DNA of 60,025 nucleotides, filler included, from Asterionella formosa (lineage: Eukaryota): assembly GCA_002256025.1 (NCBI GenBank). It is 10 parts of 10 records of this genome, joined end to end, with 100 filler letters (N's around TTAATTAATTAA, not from the genome) between each part and the next. Parts side by side here need not be neighbours in the genome. Positions count along the whole stretch, not along the records: positions 42,126 to 48,026 come from NKIB01012888.1; positions 48,127 to 54,026 come from NKIB01012889.1; positions 54,127 to 60,025 come from NKIB01012890.1; 7 more parts are not named here. One strand, written 5' to 3'. The position numbers and the translations under genes were made by a program. Positions 46,922 to 59,830 of this stretch are shown here, piece by piece; position 1 is the stretch's first letter; each line of letters begins with the position of its first letter. Under the pieces are notes generated by a model. That model saw only the letters and a program-made list of their open reading frames with translations. It did no database searches and was not told the DNA's origin.

Positions 46922-47792
46922 TTGATCTTCTTGACTTCGAGGTCTTGATCTAGCTCAGAATTTTTCTTGAATATCTGTTCTTTTAGGCATGCAATAGTTT
47001 CTCTGCTCTGCTTTCATGATGTTCATCTTGATGTTCTGGACGGATAGTGAGATATGTTTCTTGGTTTTGCAACTTTTCATTGATCTTCTTGAATTCGAGG
47101 TCTTGATCTAGCTCAGACTTCTTCTTGAATATCTTTTCTTTTAGAAATGCAATATTTTCTCTGCTTTTATGATGTCCATCTTGATGTTCTGGACGGATAG
47201 TGAGATATGTTTCTTGGTTTTGCAACTTTTCAACCATTTCTACTTCTGAAGTGTTGTCTGCCACATTTCCACCGATATTTTCATTCATCGCATGATTTTG
47301 TTCATCAAATGAATGAGAATCACTGAGTTCTTGATTTCGGGAGAATGAGGAGCAAAATACGACACTGGATGGTGGAACTGCAAATAGAGTCTTCATACAA
47401 GAAGACCAACTGTTTGGGTTTCCTCTGCTCTTCGAAAGCAATCTTTCCTTCTTTTCAATCTCAGCCACTATTGTATCGGCATACTTCATTATTTTTTCTG
47501 GAGTATTATGAATCTGTTCAAATTCATTTGATTTTTGAGTGTATTCAAAGGAATCTTCGATTGATTTCATAACTTTCTTCATCTTCTTTTCCGAAAACAT
47601 AAAGTCGTGTAGTGTAAACAATGGAAGTAAGTCTCGTTTCTTGTTTGACTGATCCTTTCCATGAAATCCATGAAATGCCATTTGGAAAGTTGTCAAAGGG
47701 CCAAGAGACAATGATGTAAAACAGTGGAAGGGAAACGCGGAGCTTTTTGCGGCGCTTGTGGATGTGGAACAGGTGTGATGGTAACAGAGCAA
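46922..47792 (-). CDS. Hypothetical charged protein with 153-bp (51-aa) tandem repeats, probably decayed
   Basis: EKLQNQETYLTIRPEHQD occurs twice, 153 nt apart; a further partial copy lies past the stop at 46983. Confidence 0.4.
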
Positions 47793-48281
47793 AGTGTAAT
47801 ATGCATGTTCCGCCAGCGTAGTGTTTACACAATAAACATGCCGGCATATATATAGCTAAAACAAGGAAAGACGACACGACAATGAACGTGATGGCTGGCT
47901 GTTGAGGATACCGGTATGTGATATGCATCAATCCATATCACAAATCATATTATAGTTATATACATATCAACGCATCCATATACTTAGATCCCATCCACTG
48001 TATAATACTATCATAATAACTGTTGANNNNNNNNNNNNNNNNNNNNNNNNNNNNNNNNNNNNNNNNNNNNTTAATTAATTAANNNNNNNNNNNNNNNNNN
48101 NNNNNNNNNNNNNNNNNNNNNNNNNNTGTACATAGATAACATCACCAATGGCTATGTATGATAGAAAATCAATTTGAAAAGAATCCTGATTAATCATGTG
48201 TTGTAATAGCTAAATTAATATTGCTTCATCATGCCAATCTGGCAATGCAAAATGAGGGGTCAATTGTTGCTGTCATTTTGC

Positions 48282-48435
48282 TTTTCAACTTCTTCACTCT
48301 CTTGGCAAATCTTGGCAGCATTCCAGATGTAGAAAGATCTCTTGGCAAATCTTGGCAGCATTCCAGACAGATGAAGAAAGCTTTCTACATCTGGAATACT
48401 GCCAAGATTCACCAAGAGATTGAAGAAGTTGAAAA
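48282..48435. repeat. 55-bp inverted repeat (hairpin) with an internal direct duplication
   Basis: Arms 48282-48336 and 48381-48435, 51/55 complementary; loop holds a 30-nt copy of the left arm. Confidence 0.92.
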
Positions 48436-50384
48436 TCACAGATTGCAGAGTTTTCATAATTTTGGAGATTCATCACTCGTATATTCTTACATGGAAACCT
48501 TCATAGCTAGACTTCTTAGTTATCCCTTGTCATAGAACAACATAGTAAAGTTAGTAGTACATATGCACAGGGAACAAGCAATGCAAGATTCATGTATGTG
48601 TGCATATTCCTGTATACTCCGAGGACAGGGGAAACAGCCAGTTATTTCGTCCAAAAGGATTGATCAACAATTTCGTGTGCATATATATATATTGATCATA
48701 CAACTGAATTTTCAGTGTAGCTCCTCCTTCACTTCAGCCATGCTTAGCTTGGATCGCTTCAGATTTGTAAACAACCAGAAATTCGTGGCAAAACGTGTTA
48801 TTCTACGTATAGATGCATAAAGCTGTGAATTAATTAATTTTGACAGTGGTTCAAATCAGTTTTTAACTGGGCCTCTTGGTACCATAATAGCAGGTCAGTA
48901 ATTCCATGTCCAATCGATGTACTAGTGTACATGTGCAGTACTACCAGTATGTAGTTTTTACATAGTCATGTTCAATCTAGTGTACACAAGTGTGCACTAA
49001 GATTTGCGTGCTACCTGGTAGGAGTATTGGGAAGTCAATGGGAATACACATTTCACAGGTACCATATAAAATACCCCTGTAAATATAGTACTAAGTAGTA
49101 TCTACATTTAGCGTAGTAAGAGTCAGTATGAAAAATCGGTACTAGAGTAGTTTTTGTAGAAGGGCATATGATATTGTATTGTTATGAAAGGAAATGGCTT
49201 CTTAGTTGTTGTTTGAGCATGTTGCCTGCCTTTGATCTGAAGTTGTTTGGTTTGATACCTGCAATTGTTTTGAGAAGCAATTGTTGGGTTCGACTCCCAT
49301 ACTCCTTGTTACTGTGCATCCTGCACAGTCTTATTGCCTGGTGGTATGCAAGAAATAGTGGGTTTGACCCGCCCCTACAAGTAGCATGTGCTGCCTTCTT
49401 AGGCAGTCGGAGTTTCCCTGAATGTTGCAGCTAAGATGATCACCTTTTGCAGAAGGTTGTTGGGGATTCACCTATGCTAACAAAACTAGAGAAGCACAGC
49501 TCTTGTTGGAAGGTAGCACAATGAATTCTTGCCTATAAATAGCTAGGTATAAATAGGAGAGTACGAATGGGCTACTAGAAAGAAGAAAGTCATTATATTG
49601 TTATGAATAGGACTAATACCAATTATTTACAAACGTCTAGCTAGCTACTGTACCAGGGTACCATAGATCAGGAAACAACAAGGCTTGTCCTCCGAGCTCC
49701 CCAGAAGTTTTCAACGTTTCCAACCTTTCGTAGCGTTTTAGCTCCTCACGAGCGTGTGTGGGGATATGGAGAGTACAGTGGATAGCTACCGGTATGCCGG
49801 TACCTGGTACCTGTTAGCTGGTACTGGTACTGGTACTGGTACCTGGTATCGAGAAATCTCCTCAATCCTCCACATGAAGCGAGTGCAACTTATGCATACG
49901 CACTATGTACCACACTACTATCAGAGCTATTTATTACAGTCTACTTAGAATCTTGACGATCCTTCGAGAACTTTAGCTCGTGAGTATTTCCGCTCGCTCC
50001 ATGATACATGTGCGTATCAGCTAAAATACAATAACTAGCAAGAGGCAGGACCCAATTCTACCTATGTACTTCGTACCTACTTCTGTACACAGAGAATGAC
50101 TACCGGTAAATACGAGGGGTTAAATATGTACCTTGTACCTGCAAGAAAAAATCATCCGTATGTATGTATGATATAATCGTTCATGATTCGGGGACCCCGC
50201 CCTGTGTATGTTAAAAATATACCATATCCACTTTTCATTCATTGATTGTTGAACATCGGTGGTCTTCGTTGTTGTCGTCCCATACATAGAATCGGTAATC
50301 ATACTCCACTCCTTCCTGCTTTTGTAGTCAACGAGCGCACTGTCCATATCTCTATATCTACTCCAAGCCGGCAAAAACAAAAGG

Positions 50385-51797
50385 ATGGGTGATTGTTGCA
50401 GCAAAGAAAAGCCAACTCCCGTCGTTGCAGCTCCGAGGGCTACTGTACGTTTCGTGTCTCGTTTTGATTCTTGTTTTGATGTACAGTACTTGGTACAACT
50501 AACTAACTAACAACTTTACTTGCGGTGACTTACCATCTAACTCTCAAACGACTATTCTCTACAGAATGTTGCAGCTGAACCACGACGATCTATTCCTATT
50601 GAAGACTCCTCCAGCAACAAGTCATTTGCTGAATTATACAAAATGGGCAAACAGGTGCGTTTGGCAAACTCCTTGCATCATCATTCATCTATTCCTACCC
50701 AAAAAACATACTCAATTCACTCTCTCACACGTTATTATCACTCGTTGGATTGTTGAATCATACTCAGCTAGGTGAAGGAGCCTTTTCGGTAGTTAAGGAT
50801 GGCGTTCACAAGCAATCGCATGAATCCTTTGCTATTAAGATTGTTACCAAGTCCAAGTTAACCAGAGAAGATGAAGATGCACTCAAGGATGAGATCGCAG
50901 TGTTGAGGGAACTCCAACATCAACACATCATTCGTCTTTATGATGTCTTTGATGAACCTCAATACTATTACTTAGTCACGGAGAAAATGAGTGGTGGTGA
51001 ACTCTTTGACCGTATCGTGCAAAAGTCTTATTACAACGAGAAGGAAGCACGAGATGTTTGCAAAATTTTGTTTGAAGCAATACGATACTGTCATACTCAT
51101 AATGTGGCTCATCGAGACTTGAAACCAGAGAATTTGTTGTTGTGTGTAAGTTGACAAAGAAACATTCATCTTTTAGCAGTTTGCTCTACTATGCATACAA
51201 CTTGGCCCTTACCATTGTTCTCTCTCTCTCTCTCTCTCGCATTCTCTCTCTTTGTAGTCGGAACACAACGACTCGGACATTAAGATTGCCGACTTTGGTT
51301 TTGCCAAAAAGGTAAAGGCTCCCAACTCCCTCACGACACAATGTGGTACCCCCGGATATGTGGCTCCAGAAATCCTCGAAGGTGTCCCGTACGATACCAA
51401 GGCCGACATGTGGTCTCTTGGTGTTATTGTCTATATTCTATTGGGAGGATACCCACCCTTTATTGAACAAAATCAACGTGATTTGTTTAGAAAGATCCGC
51501 AAGGGACAGTATGAATTCCATGAAGAGTACTGGGGACAAGTCTCGAGTGATGCCAAGGATCTCATTTCGTCGCTCTTGACAGTGAGTCCATCCAGACGTT
51601 TGAATGCCAATGAGTCACTGAAAAATAAGTGGATCAGTAGTGATGCACAGAAATTGGCGGCTAAGGACCTTGGCAAGAACTTGAACGAGTTCAAGCGATT
51701 CAATGCCAAGCGTAAGTTCAAGGGTGCTGTCAAGGCTGTCATTGCATCAAATAAGATTACTAGTTTGGGAGAGAATTTCAAGATGAACTTGGACTAA
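50385..51797 (+). CDS. Ca2+/calmodulin-dependent protein kinase-like Ser/Thr kinase, 4 exons (50385-50444, 50565-50654, 50768-51145, 51258-51797), 355 aa
   Basis: Three GT-AG introns (donors GTACGT, GTGCGT, GTAAGT) join in frame. LGEGAFS, AIK, HRDLKPEN, DFG, CGTPGYVAPE, DMWSLG; CaMKII-like regulatory tail FKRFNAKRKFKGAV; N-terminus MGDCCS. Confidence 0.93.
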
Positions 51798-54700
51798 AGC
51801 ATTATGTAATGTGACGTTACATAAGTGGAGATCAAGCATCAAAAGAAGGCCACTGGGTCAAATGGGATGCGAAAAAAATTGATGAACGTGATGGTGTGAA
51901 GGAATGTGTTTTCTCTGTATGAAGTCNNNNNNNNNNNNNNNNNNNNNNNNNNNNNNNNNNNNNNNNNNNNNNNNNNNNNNNNNNNNNNNNNNNNNNNNNN
52001 NNNNNNNNNNNNNNNNNNNNNNNNNNNNNNNNNNNNNNNNNNNNNNNNNNNNNNNNNNNNNNNNNNNNNNNNNNNNNNNNNNNNNNNNNNNNNNNNNNNN
52101 NNNNNNNNNNNNNNNNNNNNNNNNNNNNNNNNNNNNNNNNNNNNNNNNNNNNNNNNNNNNNNNNNNNNNNNNNNNNNNNNNNNNNNNNNNNNNNNNNNNN
52201 NNNNNNNNNNNNNNNNNNNNNNNNNNNNNNNNNNNNNNNNNNNNNNNNNNNNNNNNNNNNNNNNNNNNNNNNNNNNNNNNNNNNNNNNNNNNNNNNNNNN
52301 NNNNNNNNNNNNNNNNNNNNNNNNNNNNNNNNNNNNNNNNNNNNNNNNNNNNNNNNNNNNNNNNNNNNNNNNNNNNNNNNNNNNNNNNNNNNNNNNNNNN
52401 NNNNNNNNNNNNNNNNNNNNNNNNNNNNNNNNNNNNNNNNNNNNNNNNNNNNNNNNNNNNNNNNNNNNNNNNNNNNNNNNNNNNNNNNNNNNNNNNNNNN
52501 NNNNNNNNNNNNNNNNNNNNNNNNNNNNNNNNNNNNNNNNNNNNCCTTACCAAAAATGGAAGCAGGACCAGCTGGTGCCGTTGTAAAGCTAACTATTTAC
52601 TATACTACCACTTGGTATGTTTACACTCCTTGCAAAACTTTACTGTTAATCATTGCCGATTTGTTGCTAATTCAGTTCCCAATTGGTATGTAATACTAGT
52701 CATAATGCCAAGCCGTTGTTGTAAATCATCAACCAAGAACTGGAGCTGAACTTGTGTTAAAAGGTGTTGAAAGGAAGGGTCATTGGTCATGCTGATACAC
52801 GCCACTAACAGATTGGTGTCACTCTTGCTTTGGGCAAGAGTGACTGGCGGTCTGTTCCACCACAACCAATCATACAAGCAAGATGAGATACTTGGTGTAA
52901 AAAGAATGAGCCAGGATCAAATCGTTTCTTCATTTTTTGAAATGAAAAGTATGCAGAGGTAGAATCCTTGAAGAAAGATATACGTGCTTTTTATCATTCC
53001 AGCTGAGGAATAGGATGATTGAAATTGCGATGAGCTCAGGAATGAAGTGTCATGGCGAAAAAATTAATTGTTTCCCTCAAATTTTGAGGTCCTGGCTTGA
53101 AGGGTGTCGAACCCTTTGATAAGCAGGTGAACGAAATTTTTCAAATACCATATAGGTGGTTTGACATGCGCAGAATATGGAATCTTGATTTGGAATGCAA
53201 GTTCATGCAAGATCAAAACCACAATTTTGATGATGTTAATGCTGATGCTGACATTTCCGACAATCATGATTTAAAGATGAGATGTCATTCTCAGCAAATT
53301 GGAGAAGTCAAAAGTAACATTGTAAGACAAAATTCGAAAGGTGCTGCTGGGCTTCCAGTCTCATGGGATAATGGTGACTGTAACATATGTGTATTTCTCA
53401 AACCATTGCCCTGCAACATGGCTATCTAAGAATTAGCCAATATTATGTGTATATTGCAGATCAACATTACAAGGCAAAGCCCAGCCACTATTTCTCGAGC
53501 ACCAAGAAAGATCGTACAGGATGCACAGAGTGTGGGAGTCGAACCCCAACAATTGTACTTATTAGCATTGATGCAAGTGCTATGCATGTTGGGCATGTTT
53601 TCCACTGGATGGAAAACAGCCATGAAGGGCGGGTTTACCAACCCTTCATGTTTCATCGAAAATGTCAGATTTGGCATCATCTCATCTGCAAGGAGATCAC
53701 ATCTTACATTTGTTGCTCAAGAACAACATGTTCCTCAGCAACCACTACTCATATTGAAATTTACCATCCTGACTTCAAAAATGTGATATTTTTTTAACTT
53801 GCACTTAATCAAGTTGACAGCTGTTAAAATATCAGGGGATGAGTATTTTATGACTCTTATATTTCCAGGACAGTGCCTGGTAGGTTATGTTTCGAGCGCG
53901 TGCTTCTAGTTACGAAAAATTGTGATTCTATTGACACCGAATTTTTGCCAAACAAAGGATAACATACAGATTTGCTACAAGCCGGCCGTCCATTTCATCA
54001 TTTCCGAAAAATATTTAAATAGGATGNNNNNNNNNNNNNNNNNNNNNNNNNNNNNNNNNNNNNNNNNNNNTTAATTAATTAANNNNNNNNNNNNNNNNNN
54101 NNNNNNNNNNNNNNNNNNNNNNNNNNGTTACTTCCATAAGATTGACGACCATCAGGGACTGGCGATCGATGTTGATTGCGTGGGGGTCCCGCCGACTCCA
54201 TTTGAGTGACAGCGAGCTTCTCGTTCGTTCTATTGGAGTTCTTTCAGTACACGCGCTCTTCCTTTTTCGGTATTACAGACCTTGCATCTCCTCTGCGAAA
54301 AGGGCGTTGGGTAAGGAATTGGATTGGCAGCGGCTGAGTTTTATAAAGGTCGATTAACTCAATTGATCTGCTAGCCTGAAAAATGCCGAACGTTTTGTCA
54401 CAGAGGATGTTGAATACCTGGCTTCTTGGCATATAATGAGGAGGCTAGTGTACCTACATGGTACAGCGTGTGGCTGGGGTTGCTTGCTTTGATGCTAGTA
54501 TACCGGTAGTATCGTAAATGGCACTCTGGGGTAGCAAATGATACATTTACTACCGGTACACAGAATCTGCGCAGAGGGGGATTATCTCATATATGTCCGT
54601 CCGTAATTACCAGGTACCGGTACTGAAAACATGCTACCGGCACTGGTATATTTCTGTACATTGGAAATGCTGCGTATGTAATGCCAAACGATGATCAGCA

Positions 54701-55439
54701 GGCTGTCCACCATCAGGCGATGCATGGCGGGCTGGTGGGATGCATTAATTAATTAAACAAACGAATGAATGAAATTGCTTTGGGGTAATGCAGACTGGAA
54801 TATTCATATATGAATATGTAAATATATTTACTCTACGGTACCTGGTACTGTTTTACCGGTACATACAAAAGTCGTTTACGTCTCCTCTGTTCGGGTACCT
54901 GGTACCCACCCAGTGCCACGTAAGTGCAAGGATGCGAACACACCTAATTCTGATGTGTGTGTACGAGGGTAGCAAAAAGCTTGCACAAGACACCATTAAA
55001 ATAATCATCGTCAGACGTCTACCGGACACTTGTTGCGATGATTTTCGTAGAAATGTTCGGACAGTAGGCCAGATTTTCGACCAACAAAGTCTGACCTTCG
55101 GTTCATTCCCGGTTTATAGTTTAGTTTAACACTGTATATCTAGCACTTCTTGGTTGAGATGACGGCAGGAGTAACTTTTGATCATTTGAGGGGACGGACT
55201 ACTCAGGTACCAGACGAATGGCCTTTTTTCTGGTAGTTATTTTCTCGTGGCATTTTACATACTAGGCAGTGGTTGTCCTGAAGGAATCAACACATTTAGT
55301 ATATTTATGCACTTCGATGCAAACTACGAAAGTACCATATGTGTATGGTCAACTTCAGCAAGGAATGGCATCAATAAAAGAACATGTATTATTCATAAAT
55401 ACATGAGTATAATGTGTATATGGCCAATGTCATTGAGGA

Positions 55440-56710
55440 TAAGCTTGTGAGCCTCTGAATGATTGAATTGGGAAGTGATGATGGGATCTGGGGACATCTT
55501 TTCCTTCTTGTATTGACATGGAATTTGATTTGTCGAGTTAACAACGAAAGCAAAATATGCCTTTGTCATATGGAATGGGCTGACAATGCTCTACAAATTT
55601 ATTTTGCCAACTCAAAAACAGATCAGCAAGGCGCCCAGTCTAAATTTCCAATGCATGTTTATTCCAATCCAATAGACTTAGTAATCTGTCCATTCTTTGC
55701 ACTTGGAATGTATTTAGCTATGTAGATTCAATACAGCTATTGAAAGTAATAGCCAGTTGTTTCCAGTCCATCACCAATTCAAGAGATTTGCCAATTTATT
55801 AAAACAGGCTTTGAGAAGCCCTGAGGACGAACTTCTTGATCTCGGAATTTGCTGGGAGGGTATAGGAACACAGTTCATAAGAAAGGGGTTTGCTACATAT
55901 GCGAGTTCATATCCTGATGGACCTCTGTCAGGTGCAATTAGTGTTCTGGGGGGATGGTCAATGGGCAAAGCAAATGTTATTTATATCTGATATGAGCAGG
56001 GTGGGAACATGTTTGTTAGAGGGCTTGCCTTTAAGTGGACTTGACCAATTCTCTGCACCCCCTGCTGTTTTTATAAAATTTGAATCTACTGAGGTTGGGA
56101 TCACAACCCAGTGGATATCTGCAACAAAAGCCGCAACTTCCCTAATCATGATAGGCACACCAGTAATTGGCAAAATCGCAGAAATTTGATTGGCTGCAAT
56201 TGTACTTCATCGGGCGACAGCGGAAATGGCTGTGGGATCATTTGCATCAAATGAAGCAATCCAAATTATTTTCGAGTTGCCAAAGGTTGGGCTTGAGTTT
56301 GCTTGCAGCTGCACATGGGTTTTATATCCATTGGACCCAGAATCTTCTTTTCTGGTATTTACAGGAATACCTCCTCATGTTGCATTATTGAAAGAAGTGC
56401 AGTGACTGCAGCAATTGATTTTAGGTCTTTTATATCAGTTTGATAAGAGACTAGAAAACTTGACCAGAGACAAATAAATGGCGGAATTTTGGGTGAAACC
56501 AGAATTATTGACCTAATTCGGCAAGAGACCAGTGACCTTAAGGCAGCTGTTGCAACAGCTGCTGGGAAAAATTCATTACATTCAGGAGCAGAAATTCCAG
56601 TGATACATGGAGGACCTATGTCTGCAAATAAAAACTATCATGAATATAGGATCAAGGGTATCGTACGCCAAGTGCTGGCACAGGATTTTTGCATCTATGA
56701 TGGTTTTTGA
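55440..56710 (+). mobile_element. Degenerate Crypton (CryptonS-like) tyrosine recombinase
   Basis: LTWNLICR, FANSKTDQQG, HVYSNP..ICPFFALGMYL, LFP, IGTQFIRKGFATY (HxxR degenerate), GGWSMG..IY; multiple stops and frameshifts. Confidence 0.85.
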
Positions 56711-57632
56711 ATCAAAAATATGATCAATGTATCATATAATTATGATCATGCAGTAAACTTTACGGAGCTTGAAGGATAATGATACTATCAAAGATATAAT
56801 AACATTGCATCATATAATTAGTTAAACATTGGCCTATGATGCATATGTATTCTTTTGTCATACATCTATCTTAGCATGATTGTAGTTCTCATCGATATCA
56901 CTGTCTAAAATAGGATGAAATGGATCGAAATTTAGAACTATATTTAGCTAAGAATGGTTCTATGTTTCTATATCTTGAGTGGCTACAGAATTTTCAACAA
57001 TGCTCTCACGCAATGATTGGTGCTTCAGCTGCTTTCACTTGTTCCAACTTCCCCCCAATCCAATTCTGAAGGTTGTTGAAGTAGTGCTGGTTGTATTGCC
57101 CTTATTCTACTCCTTTCCTTTTACTCCTGATGGATCTGAGTTTGCATTCACGCATTTTCTCATTATTATTTAATCTGTTTTGTTGTCCCCATCAGCCATA
57201 CTCACAAAAAGGAGCAAGTCATTGTTACCTGTTATTGTATTGCTTGCACAGCAACATGCATTTCACTTCTATCTTCACTTACCACAAATTGAGGAAGTAA
57301 CTGATGCATATTTCTGAAAAAGAATGTGTCAGTTGAAGATTGAATGAGAAAGTATCGATCAATTAATGGGCTCCAACGCTGCTGTCTGTAACTTACAAAT
57401 ATTGTTTGTCCACCATTATCCTGAAAGAAGCAACACACATGTGTTAGTTTTTCTAACAGTTGTGGATTGATCCAAAGATGATAGCACTTCCCGATTTCTT
57501 TTGCCCGCATTTATGCTTGGCCACCAAATCGAAAAGGAGGTATTGAATCACTGAAAGGGTACAAGCCATTCCGTATATGTAATCCCAACAATTCATTATC
57601 CTGGCTCTTGACGTGGTACCAAGCACAGCTTG

Positions 57633-57950
57633 TTGATTCCGCCCTTCTCCATCATATTCACTCCTTCTTAGCCGCATGGTGTATCATCATGCTGTATTGT
57701 CACTTCAGTTTTTCGCATCATGTGTTGCTTGAGATCCTTCATTTCAGGAAGTGTATGCATGACAAGGAACATGAAAGGCATTTGCTCTTGACTTCATAAC
57801 ATCAATTGATTCCGCCCTTCTCCATAGTCACTCCTTCTAAGCCAAAAGTATAATTGTGTTGTATTATCACTTTCTTTTTAAAGCGTCATTCATCATGTGT
57901 GATGATCCTTCATTTCAGGAGCAAAGTGTATGCATGACAAGGAACATGAA
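57633..57950. repeat. Tandem duplication, ~173-bp unit
   Basis: TTGATTCCGCCCTTCTCCAT and GTGTATGCATGACAAGGAACATGAAA each occur twice. Confidence 0.85.
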
Positions 57951-58435
57951 AACATGATTTCAAATGTTTTAGCCATGAAGACACCATATAAATAAAGATT
58001 TGTAAGAAGTTTAAATATATGTATAGTTGAACATTTGCATAGTTTTAAACATGCTCATTATATGGCACATCCCCCTTTGTATACCAATATCAATTTTGAT
58101 TATTCATAATTCAAATACATACAATGCATGATGAGTTCATAATTTTTCACGACCTGTTGAATTTTTTCAATTTGTTTTGTGTCAATTCTTGCACCTACAA
58201 GTCAGTGGCTGATTTAATCAAGCATCTTAATAAACTGGAGTCATCATCAATTTTTCAAATGATCTAGATCATACACTTATGAATATAGACATATTGACCG
58301 TACACATTCGAAGTACTGTATACTTGCTGGGTATAACTTCTATTGTATCATTGAGTGCTATTTACATTATCATATTCAAAATCAGAAACGAGTTTGAGTA
58401 ATAGCATATCTTGCTTTTAATTTTATGATTATACA

Positions 58436-58642
58436 ATCCTGAAACTATGATGCTTTACTGTCCTGCTGCAGTAGCACCAGCAGTCATGAACATATGGTGT
58501 TCTGTTGCTCGCCTTCTACTCCGACTACTCTCTTTCAATTTTACGATCATACGATCCTGAAACTATGATAATTTATTGTCCCACTGCAGCAGCAAGAGTC
58601 ATGAACATATGGTGTTCTTTTGCTCGTTTACTACTCTGACTA
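58436..58642. repeat. Tandem duplication, ~118-bp unit
   Basis: ATCCTGAAACTATGAT and AGTCATGAACATATGGTGTTCT each occur twice. Confidence 0.85.
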
Positions 58643-59830
58643 CCCCCAGTATATCACTTCCTACCTGCTACTGGTACTCTGTAAGTATATGATAAAATGT
58701 TATTGTCATATGATGTACCAGTACACATGAAGAAATCCCGCCAAAAAAGGGGCTTAATCAATTTGCTACCAAAATCCTTGCGTATAAATAATGATGCAAA
58801 TGGGTGGCGACTTACACCATAGTTAGTTCCAACGGATGTAGAAAATATTGATGCTAACAAATTTCAGAAAAATTACAGGCACACGAAGTCGTGGAAAAAC
58901 TTGGACATATTGTGTATTGAATTTTTTCGATTTATCTAAATACGAATATGATCATCTCAACAATACCAGACGTGCCATATTAAGAGTGCTGCCTTTGAAT
59001 TTTATAAATGTACAACACTTGATATATTTCTATATTTTCAAATTTTATAACTATATACATGGCAAATATATTTGAAATCATTCTGTCATGTTAACAAACA
59101 ATGACTGCTTCATGAAAAGAATTATCGTAGTAAAGCACATGACAAGAAAGGAAAGTTTACGCAATAAAGAAAAACATTGTGGCTTCGACACATTGCGCCT
59201 TTGAAGGATGGAGTATGTTTAAGGTAATGAAGGAATCATTGTGGTACTTGGATGACAATTGTTGGGAGGCAGGACAGCAACAAATTGTAAACTATACACA
59301 CATTTCCTTTCTTCTCAGTTGATTCAATACCCCTTTTGCTTGTTGGGGAGCACCGATGTGAGACAAAACAAAATTGGTAAGTTCTCTTGTCATTGGTTCT
59401 ATTCACTTCTGTTGGAACATAACTGATGGACACGTTTACCTTCTCTCAAAGTTAAGCTAACGAAAATGAATTGGTAAGTTTTATTCGTCAACATTGAATA
59501 CCTGAAACTTACTTATTCAAGAATTTACTGACAATTTACTATTACAGACTTATGCATCACTTGCTTTGATTTGTGGAAAGTTAAGAAAGAGGAAACGATG
59601 GAATGGCGTGATGTTGTATCAGTGTAACATGACTACCAGGTACATAACAAGTCATTCCTTCTCATTTTTCTTACTGTAACTGCATAGGACAATAAAACCA
59701 ATCAAGCAACGGAATAGTCGGCGAGTTCAGAATGACACTAACAGCAGGGAGAGAGACGCAACATTAGTAAGGCACTGATTGGCACAAGATTTAGAAAAGA
59801 GGAAGAAAAGGGCGATACAGGAATATACAT

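Noticed and set aside
49240..49305. tRNA or SINE suggested by GGGTTCGACTCCC (T-loop/B-box-like)
   Set aside because: No convincing acceptor stem or cloverleaf could be built; tRNAscan-SE would settle it.
51858..52749. Long ORFs spanning the N gap
   Set aside because: Artefacts of translating Ns.
52545..53800. Decayed coding-like sequence, possibly a transposase
   Set aside because: No family motif could be supported.
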